Positions 49,921 to 58,751 of a DNA stretch of 64,000 bases are shown here, piece after piece (position 1 is the first letter of the stretch; each line of letters opens with the position of its first letter). A model generated the notes under the pieces. The model had not been told where the DNA came from. It was given only the letters and a program-made list of their open reading frames with translations, and did not search any database. The DNA comes from an uncultured Spirochaetota bacterium. GTDB lineage: Bacteria; Spirochaetota; Spirochaetia; SZUA-6; Fen-1364. The translations under genes and the position numbers were made by a program. The stretch is taken from positions 32,001 through 96,000 of the forward strand of contig CAWJSK010000015.1 in assembly GCA_963845535.1 (NCBI GenBank), read 5' to 3'.

Positions 49921-50535
49921 ATGGACAGGAACAGCGAATTATACAAGGTTGGATTGGCGCTTCACGGGCACAAATGCCCGGCCATGCCTCTTGGCCTTCG
50001 TGCGGGTCTGGCGGCAATGGAGGCACTGGGAGTGCAACATGCCCCCGACGGTCAACTGAGCGCGCTCGTGGAAATGGATCGCAACCACTGCTCCACCTGC
50101 TTTGCGGACGGCGTACAGGTTGCGACAGGTTGCACCTTTGGCAAGGGGAACATAAGGAGCCTTGGGTACGGCAAGTTCGCCCTGACGTTGATCGACAACA
50201 AGACATCCCGCAGCGTGCGCGTTGTCCCGACGATAAAGACAATGCGCAGAAACCAGGAGTCCCAATTTCTCCAGCTTCGCAAGAAGGGAACGCCGGCGTC
50301 CCAGATCGACCCTGGCCTGGCAGAACCGATGATAGACACGGTGCTGAGCGACCCCGTGGAGACCCTGTTCACCGTGGAGCCGGTCAAGCAGGTGACGCTG
50401 CCCCAGATGCTGCCGCATGCTTTTGATACCATCATCTGCGCTGAGTGCGGAGAGATGGCGGTGGAACGCTACGCCCGCGTCAAGCATGGCAAGATTGTGT
50501 GCATGCCTTGCGCGGACAAAGTACAGAGTGCCTGA
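49921..50535 (+). CDS. FmdE family protein with C-terminal zinc finger
   Basis: HGHKCP..GLRAG, CFADGVQVATGCTFGKGN, CAECGE..CMPC. Confidence 0.9.
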   Translation: MDRNSELYKVGLALHGHKCPAMPLGLRAGLAAMEALGVQHAPDGQLSALVEMDRNHCSTCFADGVQVATGCTFGKGNIRSLGYGKFALTLIDNKTSRSVRVVPTIKTMRRNQESQFLQLRKKGTPASQIDPGLAEPMIDTVLSDPVETLFTVEPVKQVTLPQMLPHAFDTIICAECGEMAVERYARVKHGKIVCMPCADKVQSA

Positions 50536-50565
50536 TGAAGATCGCGGCAGGGTAGGAGTCCTCAC

Positions 50566-51330
50566 ATGGACGTGAAGGAATGCAACGCGCACGCGAGGGA
50601 GCTGAAAACCCTGCTCGGGCTGAGATCGGACCCGGTGGGCGTGATATTTGATGAAGGCGCGCGACCGGTGACGAACTCGGTCATTGTAACGGGTCATCGC
50701 TATTGCCAGGCTCTCATGAGAGCCCGCCGCGGTGAGGCCGTAAGCCTGGGGTCCGAGGGGATCGCCTGCCCCGCGGCCGCCCGCGCTTTCGGTTTCAAGG
50801 GACTGCCGGACGGGCTTCGCAACGGAAAGGGACTGGTCAGCTTCGGCATCGTCTCGAACCCGGATGTCGGGAGAGTGATGTTCGAACGCATGCCTCACCT
50901 GGAGGTAGGCAGGGTGAAGATGCTGCATTTGTTTCCGGCGGCCCTCGCCGAACGGGTACCTGACGTCATAGTTGTGGAGGATGAAGTCGAGCGCCTCATG
51001 TGGATCGCGCTTGCCGGTCTTCACGTGGCCGGCGGCGAAAGGGTCAGCAGTGACACGGCCGTGCTCCAAGCCGCATGCGTTGATGCAACCGTCATTCCCT
51101 TCCTCCAGGATCGGCTGAACATGAGCTTCGGCTGCTACGGCTGCCGGGACGCCACCGACGTTCATGCAGGGGAAGCTCTTATCGGTTTTCCGTCGCGCCT
51201 GCTCGGTCCGATAACGAGCCACCTTGACTATCTGAGCCGTAAGGCCATGCCGGAGTCCCGAGGGAAGGGGGCGTTTTCCCGATTGCGAAAACCTGCGCAA
51301 CAGGGGATCAGGGATGCAACAAAGGGATGA
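50566..51330 (+). CDS. DUF169 family protein
   Basis: RYCQ, IACP..FG, AACVD, SFGCYGCR. Confidence 0.85.
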   Translation: MDVKECNAHARELKTLLGLRSDPVGVIFDEGARPVTNSVIVTGHRYCQALMRARRGEAVSLGSEGIACPAAARAFGFKGLPDGLRNGKGLVSFGIVSNPDVGRVMFERMPHLEVGRVKMLHLFPAALAERVPDVIVVEDEVERLMWIALAGLHVAGGERVSSDTAVLQAACVDATVIPFLQDRLNMSFGCYGCRDATDVHAGEALIGFPSRLLGPITSHLDYLSRKAMPESRGKGAFSRLRKPAQQGIRDATKG

Positions 51331-52597
51331 CGTCGAGAGTCTCTTTGATCCGAGGGTGCCGGTAAGGAAAAAGACATTTCTCTCCGTGGGCATCGACGGA
51401 AGCATTACTCTTCCCGCTGGCCTGGCAAAACGATTTGGGCTATTGCCGGGAGCGCCTCTTTGTGTTGAAGAACTTGATCGGCACTTGCTCCTCCACAGGC
51501 CGATCACCAGCTTGAACAGGGTGTACATCGAGCCGACGAACGATTGCCCTTTTGTCTGCAAAACTTGCATGCGCCATTCTTGGAACGAGAAGTTGGGAAG
51601 GATGGACATGGGGGTTTTCGAACGAATCATGGATGGTCTGAAGGACTTCAGTCCGGTGCCTTCCGTATTTTTCGGGGGATATGGGGAGCCTCTCGTACAT
51701 CCAGATATCTTGGAGATGATCCAAAGGATCAAATCCCTGGGAGTCGAAGTGGAGCTCATCACCAATGGCTGGGCCCTGGATGAAGATACAATTCAACGGT
51801 TTGTCGCGCTCGGGCTTGACGCTATCTGGGTTTCATTGGATGGCGCGACCCCTGAATGCTATAGCGAGGTCCGGCAGACTCCCGCCCTGCCCGGAATTAT
51901 TGAGAGCCTTCGTCGCTTGAAATCCGTCAAATATGAAAGGGACACTCAAAAGCCGGCGTTGGGGATAGCCTTCGTCGTTATGAAAAGGAATCTGTCGGAG
52001 CTTGCCGATGTGATCAGTCTGGGGCTGCGCCTGGGCGCTTCGAAGTTTTCCGCAAGCAACGTCCAGCCCCACACCGAAGAGCTTCGCTCTGAAGTTCTCT
52101 TTGAAAAGATCCTTGGCCAGACGACGGGCGCTTTTTCCCTCATGGATCTGCCCCGTATGGACAGCGGCGGAGAATGGGACCACGATATTGCCAGGCTTCT
52201 GTCAGACTGCGGGTTGCATTTTGCGAATGGCCGGGCTTTCACGAGGTCCGAAGATACCTGTCCCTTTGTCGAGAAAGGGAGCGTGAGCGTCCGATGGGAT
52301 GGCCAGGTAAGCCCATGTCTCCCCCTCCTTCATTCGCATGATGCGTTTCTTGGCGATCGGAAGCGTCATATCAAGGAATTTGGACTTGCCTCAATAAGGG
52401 AGCGCAGCCTTCGGGATATCTGGGAAGAGCCTTCCTACCTCGCTTTTCGTTCCCGGCTTCAGAAGTTCGAATATCCTCCATGCACACGGTGCAATAGCTG
52501 CGATCTCCTTGACGGCAACCAGGAAGACTGTTTCCAAAATGATCCACCCGTCTGCGGAGGTTGCCTATGGGCTCAGGGATTCGTTCTTTGCCCCTGA
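51314..52597 (+). CDS. Radical SAM/SPASM protein with N-terminal AbrB-like extension
   Basis: CPFVCKTC, GGYGEP, CPF..VRWDGQVSPC, CTRCNSC..C..CGGCLW. Confidence 0.88.
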   Translation: MQQRDDVESLFDPRVPVRKKTFLSVGIDGSITLPAGLAKRFGLLPGAPLCVEELDRHLLLHRPITSLNRVYIEPTNDCPFVCKTCMRHSWNEKLGRMDMGVFERIMDGLKDFSPVPSVFFGGYGEPLVHPDILEMIQRIKSLGVEVELITNGWALDEDTIQRFVALGLDAIWVSLDGATPECYSEVRQTPALPGIIESLRRLKSVKYERDTQKPALGIAFVVMKRNLSELADVISLGLRLGASKFSASNVQPHTEELRSEVLFEKILGQTTGAFSLMDLPRMDSGGEWDHDIARLLSDCGLHFANGRAFTRSEDTCPFVEKGSVSVRWDGQVSPCLPLLHSHDAFLGDRKRHIKEFGLASIRERSLRDIWEEPSYLAFRSRLQKFEYPPCTRCNSCDLLDGNQEDCFQNDPPVCGGCLWAQGFVLCP

Positions 52598-52618
52598 GCG
52601 AGTTTTGGAGGAAGGATC

Positions 52619-53011
52619 GTGAAAAGAATACTGCGCGGAGCGGCAATTGCTATGTCACTCGGGCTTGTCCTGGCCGGATGTACGAAAAGCGAAGGTTCTA
52701 AAGCGGAGGGAGCGGAATCCACGGGAAGCACGCTCGTCACTTTTGTCGAGCTTGGATCGGTCAACTGCATCCCGTGTAGAATGATGCAGCCGATAATGCG
52801 CGACATTGAAAACGAGTACCAGGGCCAGGTAAAGGTCGTGTTTCATGATGTCTGGACTGAGGAAGGCAAACCGTACGTCAAGCAATTTGGCGTTCGCGTA
52901 ATCCCTACGCAGGTGTTCCTCGACGCGAAGGGCGTTGAGTACTTCCGACATGAAGGGTTCTTCCCAAAGAAGCAGTTGGTCACGGTTCTCAAGGCAAAAG
53001 GGGTGAAATGA
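52619..53011 (+). CDS. Thioredoxin-family lipoprotein
   Basis: Lipobox LAGC; CIPC; IPTQVF; RHEGF. Confidence 0.88.
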   Translation: MKRILRGAAIAMSLGLVLAGCTKSEGSKAEGAESTGSTLVTFVELGSVNCIPCRMMQPIMRDIENEYQGQVKVVFHDVWTEEGKPYVKQFGVRVIPTQVFLDAKGVEYFRHEGFFPKKQLVTVLKAKGVK

Positions 53012-53709
53012 CCTTGATCGCGTCTGTTTTCACCGCGGTAACCGGCTGGTTCGAGGCCTCGATCGGCATCGCACTAGGTGCGGCGTTTCTCTGGGGCGTC
53101 TGTTCGGTGGTCTTGTCTCCCTGCCACGTCGCAAGCGTTCCGCTTGCCATCGGGTACGTGAACGGGAGGGGAAGAACCTCGCAGAAGGCAGCACTTCTGC
53201 TTTCCCTGGCCTTCGCCCTGGGCATCCTGGTCGCCATCGCGGCGGTCGGAAGCGTCACCGCCGCTTTCGGAAGGATGCTCGGCGATCTCGGGGGGCTGAA
53301 GTACGCGGTGGCCCTTATATTCGCGGTGGTCGGTTTGTGGCTCATGGGAGTCATCCGGTTGCCGGATTTGAGCTTGAAGAACAACGTTCGGCTGCAAGGG
53401 CGTGGCGTGGCAGGGGCTCTTTCGCTGGGTCTCCTCTTTGGTCTTGCCCTTGGTCCCTGCTCATTCGGGTTCATGATGCCGCTGCTCGCGGTAGCTTTCC
53501 AGAACGCCTCCACTCATCCGCTCGTTGCGGCCGGGCTCGTTGGCTTCTACGCGCTTGGCCACACGGCGGTGATCGTTGCAGCGGGGACCTTTACGAACCT
53601 TGTTCAGCGCTGGCTGGACTGGAACGAACGATCATCGGGCACAAAGATCGTTCGCATTGTCTGTGGATCGCTTGTAATCCTGGCGGGATTCGCCGTAGTC
53701 CTGTCTTGA
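53008..53709 (+). CDS. CcdA/DsbD transmembrane thiol-disulfide transporter
   Basis: LSPCH..PL and GPCS in a 6-TM protein. Confidence 0.88.
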   Translation: MTLIASVFTAVTGWFEASIGIALGAAFLWGVCSVVLSPCHVASVPLAIGYVNGRGRTSQKAALLLSLAFALGILVAIAAVGSVTAAFGRMLGDLGGLKYAVALIFAVVGLWLMGVIRLPDLSLKNNVRLQGRGVAGALSLGLLFGLALGPCSFGFMMPLLAVAFQNASTHPLVAAGLVGFYALGHTAVIVAAGTFTNLVQRWLDWNERSSGTKIVRIVCGSLVILAGFAVVLS

Positions 53710-53769
53710 AAGCGGAATCGGGGCAAGGTGTGGGTGTTCGGCCGCGAATTTCTGGAGTAGCTTTGATCC

Positions 53770-54093
53770 ATGACCATTCGCATCATGACATTCGAGGGAT
53801 GCCCCAATTGTAACGCAACCAGGAGCCTTGTCGAAAAAACCGTAAGAGAGCTGCGCCTGCAGGCGGACATCGAAAACATCCAGGTGCGCAACGAGGATGA
53901 AGCTCACCGCTACGGCTTTCTCGGGTCCCCAACGGTCCAGGTCGACGGCCATGACATCGAAACAAGCAGGCGGAAGGAGACGGCATCCTTTTCCTGCCGC
54001 GTCTATCGGACTCCCTACGGCGTCACAGGAGTGCCGCCGAAGGATCTCCTTGTGGATGCCCTGAGAAAAGCAAAACAGACTGACCCTTCATGA
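53770..54093 (+). CDS. Thioredoxin-like protein (DUF2703/MerB-associated type)
   Basis: FEGCPNC, FLGSPTVQVDG, SCRVY. Confidence 0.8.
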   Translation: MTIRIMTFEGCPNCNATRSLVEKTVRELRLQADIENIQVRNEDEAHRYGFLGSPTVQVDGHDIETSRRKETASFSCRVYRTPYGVTGVPPKDLLVDALRKAKQTDPS

Positions 54094-54118
54094 CCTGTTT
54101 GAGGGCAGCATGTGTCCT

Positions 54119-54161
54119 CCTTCCAAGCCGTGGGTCGACTGTTCGAGTCGGGCTGGACGCA
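54119..54161 (+). repeat. Copy 3 of the tRNA-Arg 3' half (att-like)
   Basis: 37/43 identical to 19775-19817. Confidence 0.85.
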
Positions 54162-54167
54162 CGAGAC

Positions 54168-54183
54168 TTTGATCCAGATCAAA
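54168..54183 (+). promoter_or_regulatory. CRP/FNR-family binding site upstream of hcp
   Basis: TTTGAT-CCAG-ATCAAA matches TTGAT-N4-ATCAA. Confidence 0.8.
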
Positions 54184-54253
54184 GAGCCAGCGGCAGGTAT
54201 TCTGCTATCCTGCAATCCCAGGTCGGGAAACTCTTGTTTTTTGGAGGATCGCG

Positions 54254-55897
54254 ATGTTTTGCTACCAGTGTGAACAGACTTCCGGCGGCGCCGGGTGTGA
54301 AGTGAGCGGCGTGTGCGGCAAGAAGCCTGACGTTGCCGCCCTTCAGGATCTGATCGTGTACCAACTCAAGGGAATTGGCTGGCTGGCTCACCAGGTCTAT
54401 GGAGTTGGTGCCTCTCCCCGGGAGGCTTTTCATGCCGAAGTCTGCCGCTACACGGTTGAGGCGCTTTTCACCACCGTAACCAACGTCAACTTCGATCCAG
54501 AGAGGCTTGTTGAAGTCATTAGCCAGGGCAAGCAGATTCGAGGCGAGCTGTCCGAGGTGTGCAGGCACGCGCGCGCGCTTGACTCATTCCCGCAAGCCGC
54601 ACAGTACACGCCTCCCATCGATAGCGCGGAAATGGTGAAGGAAGGGAGCGCACGGGGAGTTCTTGCTGACAGCCAGGATGAGGACATCCGATCCCTCCGC
54701 CAGCTTCTGGTGTACGGCCTTAAAGGCATGGCAGCGTACGCCGATCACGCCCTGATTCTGGGGAAAACGGATGATTCCATTTTCGCTTTCATGCACGAGG
54801 CTCTTGCGGCTCTTGCTTTGGAAGGAAAAAACCAACCGGGAATTGAAGAGCTTGTCGGTTTGTGCATGCGGTGCGGAGAGGTGAACGTGCGAGCAATGGC
54901 CTTGTTGGATGAAGCGCACACCTCGCACTTCGGACATCCCGCTCCGGCCGCTGTGTCCACGGGCACACGCAAGGGGCCGGCCATCGTGGTGAGCGGGCAC
55001 GACTTGCTCGACATCGAGGCGCTGCTCGAGCAGACGCAAGGCACGGGCGTGAATGTCTATACTCATGGGGAGATGCTTCCCGCCCACGGCTACCCCGGGC
55101 TGCGGAAGTTCTCTCACCTTGCGGGACATTTCGGGACCGCCTGGCAGAACCAGCAAAAGGAGTTCGACGGCCAACCCGCCGCATTCCTGTTCACGACCAA
55201 CTGCATTCAAAAGCCGCGGGAATCCTATAAAGACAGAGTCTTCACGACCGGCCTCGTGGCTTTCCCGGGTGTGGCCCACGCGAAGAACCGGGACTTTTCG
55301 GCAATCATCGAAAGAGCGAAAGCCCTGGGCGGGTTCTCCGAGACAAAAGGAATTACCCTGACTACGGGATTCGGACACAACGCTGTGCTCTCCGTTGCGG
55401 ACAAGGTGGTTGCTGCTGTAAAGAGCGGAGCCATCAGGAGGTTCTTTCTTGTCGGAGGGTGTGACGGGGCAAAGCCGGGCCGCAACTACTACACAGAGCT
55501 TGCGGAGAAAGCGCCCAAGGACACGGTCATCCTGACGCTGGCTTGTGGCAAGTTCCGCCTCAACCACCTGGAGCTTGGAAGCATCAACGGCATCCCGCGC
55601 CTTCTGGACGTGGGCCAGTGCAACGATGCTTACTCCGCGGTGGTCATTGCCCAGGCGCTGGCCAAGGCCTTTGGCTGCGGGTTGAATGATCTTCCGCTCA
55701 ATCTGATTCTCTCCTGGTACGAGCAGAAGGCCGTCGTCATTCTCCTCTCCCTGCTCTCTCTCGGGATCAAAGGGATTCGCATCGGGCCAAGCCTGCCGGC
55801 TTTCATCTCACCGAACATCCTGAAGTTCCTGGTGGAGAAGTTCGATCTCAAGCCGATCGGCACGGCGGAAGGGGACCTGCAGGCAATCCTGGCCTGA
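54254..55897 (+). CDS. hcp: Hybrid cluster protein (hydroxylamine reductase)
   Basis: MFCYQCEQT..C..GVCGK, SGHDL, THGEMLPAH, GGCDG, GQCND, SWYEQKA. Confidence 0.97.
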   Translation: MFCYQCEQTSGGAGCEVSGVCGKKPDVAALQDLIVYQLKGIGWLAHQVYGVGASPREAFHAEVCRYTVEALFTTVTNVNFDPERLVEVISQGKQIRGELSEVCRHARALDSFPQAAQYTPPIDSAEMVKEGSARGVLADSQDEDIRSLRQLLVYGLKGMAAYADHALILGKTDDSIFAFMHEALAALALEGKNQPGIEELVGLCMRCGEVNVRAMALLDEAHTSHFGHPAPAAVSTGTRKGPAIVVSGHDLLDIEALLEQTQGTGVNVYTHGEMLPAHGYPGLRKFSHLAGHFGTAWQNQQKEFDGQPAAFLFTTNCIQKPRESYKDRVFTTGLVAFPGVAHAKNRDFSAIIERAKALGGFSETKGITLTTGFGHNAVLSVADKVVAAVKSGAIRRFFLVGGCDGAKPGRNYYTELAEKAPKDTVILTLACGKFRLNHLELGSINGIPRLLDVGQCNDAYSAVVIAQALAKAFGCGLNDLPLNLILSWYEQKAVVILLSLLSLGIKGIRIGPSLPAFISPNILKFLVEKFDLKPIGTAEGDLQAILA

Positions 55898-55911
55898 CGC
55901 GCTCGCCGCTG

Positions 55912-57793
55912 CTACGGATTCCTTATCAAGGGAGGCTGCGACTGCGGCGTTGCAGGGACAGGTCGTGGTGGTCGGCTGGCCTGCGGTGGTCGGCTGGCCT
56001 GCGGTGGTCGGCTGGCCTGCGGTGGTCGGCTGGCCTGCGGCGGTCGGCTGGCCTGCGGACGCCTCAAAGGCTGCATGGGAGCCGCTGGTTGCCGCACTGT
56101 CGGTTGCAGGGGCGCCACGCCTTGGCCCGAAGGGCGCGGAACGACTCGGGGAATATCTTGCGGCGGGTCCTTTTTGGAATCCAGTCGAAGAACGAGGTGG
56201 CTGGTTTCCTCCTGCATTCCCTCGAAGCGCGGGAGCAGGCTGTCCGGTTCCCGTTCTCTGATATCCCGGAGTCACGACTCTTGCTTGCGGAGGCGCAGCA
56301 GGAGCCGATTGCCTCAAGCCCGTCATTGTTCTTGCGTCAAGAGGTTGGCCAGGGTGAGCCGAGAGGGCCTGCTGACGTGATTCGAAAGGCACCGACTGGG
56401 GTGGCGGAGTCAGCCGGGCCATCACCGGCCGGGACGTCGCCCAAACCGGAGGCTTGGCAACTGAGCCGGGACGCGCAGCGTTCCCAAGGACGCTTTGTCT
56501 CTGTGGAACCAGCGGCGCGACAGCCCCGCGGACCGGTGCTTGGACGAACTCACTGGTGGGGACCTGCAACGCGGCTTGCGACGTCGGCAGTCCTCGCACA
56601 AAAGTGTCACTTGGCACGACAGTCACAGCGCCAGGAACATCACGGTTCACATAATTGAAGTGCTGAACATCAATGTTGTGCAGACGAGCCCGGTCGCTGC
56701 GGTAAGGAGGGATGTAAGGCTCGTGCGGACCAAGAGGGAACCAGCCGACGCTCTCGCCTGAGGCCTGATGAGGACGCCAACCTGAGCCGCCAACGAATGT
56801 CACGAGCGCTGGCGCATAGACCGGATGACCAATATGAGCCCCTGGAACCCATACCCAGGCGTTGTTGCGGGAGGCCCAGCGGCCATAATGGAAAGGCGCA
56901 AAGCCCCATGGAGCATCATCGATCCAGGTCCAGCCCCAGGGATCAACCCAGGCCCAGTGCCCGAAGCGGTACGGTGCCCATCCTACAGTCACTAACGGCG
57001 CCCAGACGGGCCCAAGATCGGGGTCAACGCTCCAGGTCCCGTTCTGATCCAGGTCCGCGACTCCATCGACCTGGTCAGGAGAGACATACTGAGCTGAGGC
57101 AATGTGGTCTTCCTGCTGGTCCCGGGCCTGACACCACAGGTCCCAATCGTCAGGAGAAGGGGCGCTTGCGACCTGATACGCGGGAGAATCGGTACCGGTG
57201 ATTGTGACCGCTTGCTGCTGCCGCAGGGGGAATACCGAGCTGCCAGCCGTTACTTCAATCTCGCCAGAGCGCGCCGTGACGGTTGTGTCGCCGCTCTGCT
57301 GGACGTCGAATCGATACGAGCCGGCGCGAAGGAGCGAAAGGCTTGCGTTGGGGGTATCTATCTCGATTTCTTCCGTCGGACCCATGGCACGGAGACGGAT
57401 GTTCAGCGACCCGGTTGACAGTCGGATCTGAATTGTTTGATCGTCCAGATTCAGGAAGGAGATCTCCGTGTTCGATGCAAGTCGGATGGCGGTTGAGCCC
57501 ACGTGGACCTCGGCCTGTCCATCCTGGTCTGCCCACAGATGGTCCCCGATCGTCAGGGGATAGTTCAAGGTTGCAGAAGCCCAATCGTTGAGGCTTTCCG
57601 GACGAAACGAGACTGTGCCGCTGATATAGTTCAGACGACCCACTCGACTTGGAGGATTGCTGACCACCGTTGCAGTCTCAGGGGTGACAGCGACCCCCGG
57701 AGCATTGCTCGTGGCATTTTCAGACGCACCGCCTGCGAGCAGGAGACTCACAGGTACAAGTGAAAACCACAAGATCCAAGGTAGCGTCTTCAT
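55912..57793 (-). CDS. Exported FecR-like / DUF6600 protein with Pro-rich tail; probable +1 frameshift near 56170
   Basis: Signal peptide; WAPYRFGHW, PWGFAPFHYGRW, YAPALV; the alternative frame gives QASRPP repeats and stops before hcp. Confidence 0.78.
55967..56056. repeat. 18-bp coding tandem repeat x5
   Basis: GGTGGTCGGCTGGCCTGC x5, last copy with one mismatch. Confidence 0.92.
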
Positions 57794-58043
57794 ACGCACC
57801 TCCTCAGGTGCTCGCTCTCATTCACGTCGCGCTTACTTGTCGAGGAGAAGAGGGGGCACGAGTCTCGCTCGGTTGAGTTCATGATAGTGCTCGTCTTTTC
57901 CATTATCAATAGATGGAAGATTAAGAAGGGATAAAAATCGGTTATCTGACGTTCAAGCTTTAACAAGCCCCTTTCGTCGTTGCTTCGGAGATTCTCATCC
58001 CATCCCTTCCACTCTTGGAGCCTTCAGTGGCTTTCAAGCTGCT

Positions 58044-58517
58044 CTATCTCTTGAGCTTCTCCACTGCCGAAAGAACAGTCCCCAGAGCCTTTGAGAAGCG
58101 CGATTTTTCGGAAGTGCTGAGCTGAGTCAGCCTTTTGCAAAGGAAATCGATTCTTATAGCCAACGCTGAGTTTACAAGAGTGAAGCCCGGGTCGGTTAGC
58201 TCGTAGAATACATTTCTGCGATCTTCCGGGTCGCCGTTGCGGCTGACAAGACCGCTTTGCACAAGCTGGTTCAGCATGATGCATTGGCTCGAAGGGGTAA
58301 GGCCGTCGTATGCGGCAAGAGACTTCAGCTGGCTCTTTCCCAGGAAGCGAAGGGCCGCGAGACAGCGAAGCTTTTCCTCGTTCAATCCCTTTTCCGAAAA
58401 AGGCGGGAGCTCTTCGCGAACGTAGCGCTTCATGGCCCTGAAAAGCTCGAGGAAACCGCTTGCAATCTCCTTGTCGCTTCGGGAGCTTTCACGCGCTTTT
58501 TTCCTCAATGTCTGCAT
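58044..58517 (-). CDS. MarR family regulator
   Basis: LVQSGLVSR..DPEDRRNVFYELT; divergent from an MFS gene. Confidence 0.88.
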   Translation of the reverse strand: MQTLRKKARESSRSDKEIASGFLELFRAMKRYVREELPPFSEKGLNEEKLRCLAALRFLGKSQLKSLAAYDGLTPSSQCIMLNQLVQSGLVSRNGDPEDRRNVFYELTDPGFTLVNSALAIRIDFLCKRLTQLSTSEKSRFSKALGTVLSAVEKLKR

Positions 58518-58751
58518 CACGCCTCCCCTGCGTCCGACAGGGACTCTTCTCACAATTATTTGACTCTAAAATTAATTTATCATTAAATAATCTGGAGTGC
58601 AAGAGAGATGTGCTTGCAAGAAAATTCATTTTATACTAAATTAATTTTAAGATTAAACATTGAGAGCAGATACGACAAGCCTTGGAATAGCCGCTGCCTG
58701 CGCGCATGGATGGCTCATGACTGACAGACCAAGGAAAGGTACGGCAAGACT

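Larger units (their letters stand above)
21501..54161. mobile_element. tRNA-Arg-anchored genomic island (~32.6 kb), no integrase seen
   Basis: Bounded by tRNA-Arg 3'-half repeats at 21501 and 54119; accessory metal/redox cargo. Confidence 0.75.

Noticed and set aside
55967..56056. 18-bp repeats as a CRISPR array
   Set aside because: No spacers, in-frame coding repeat, no cas genes
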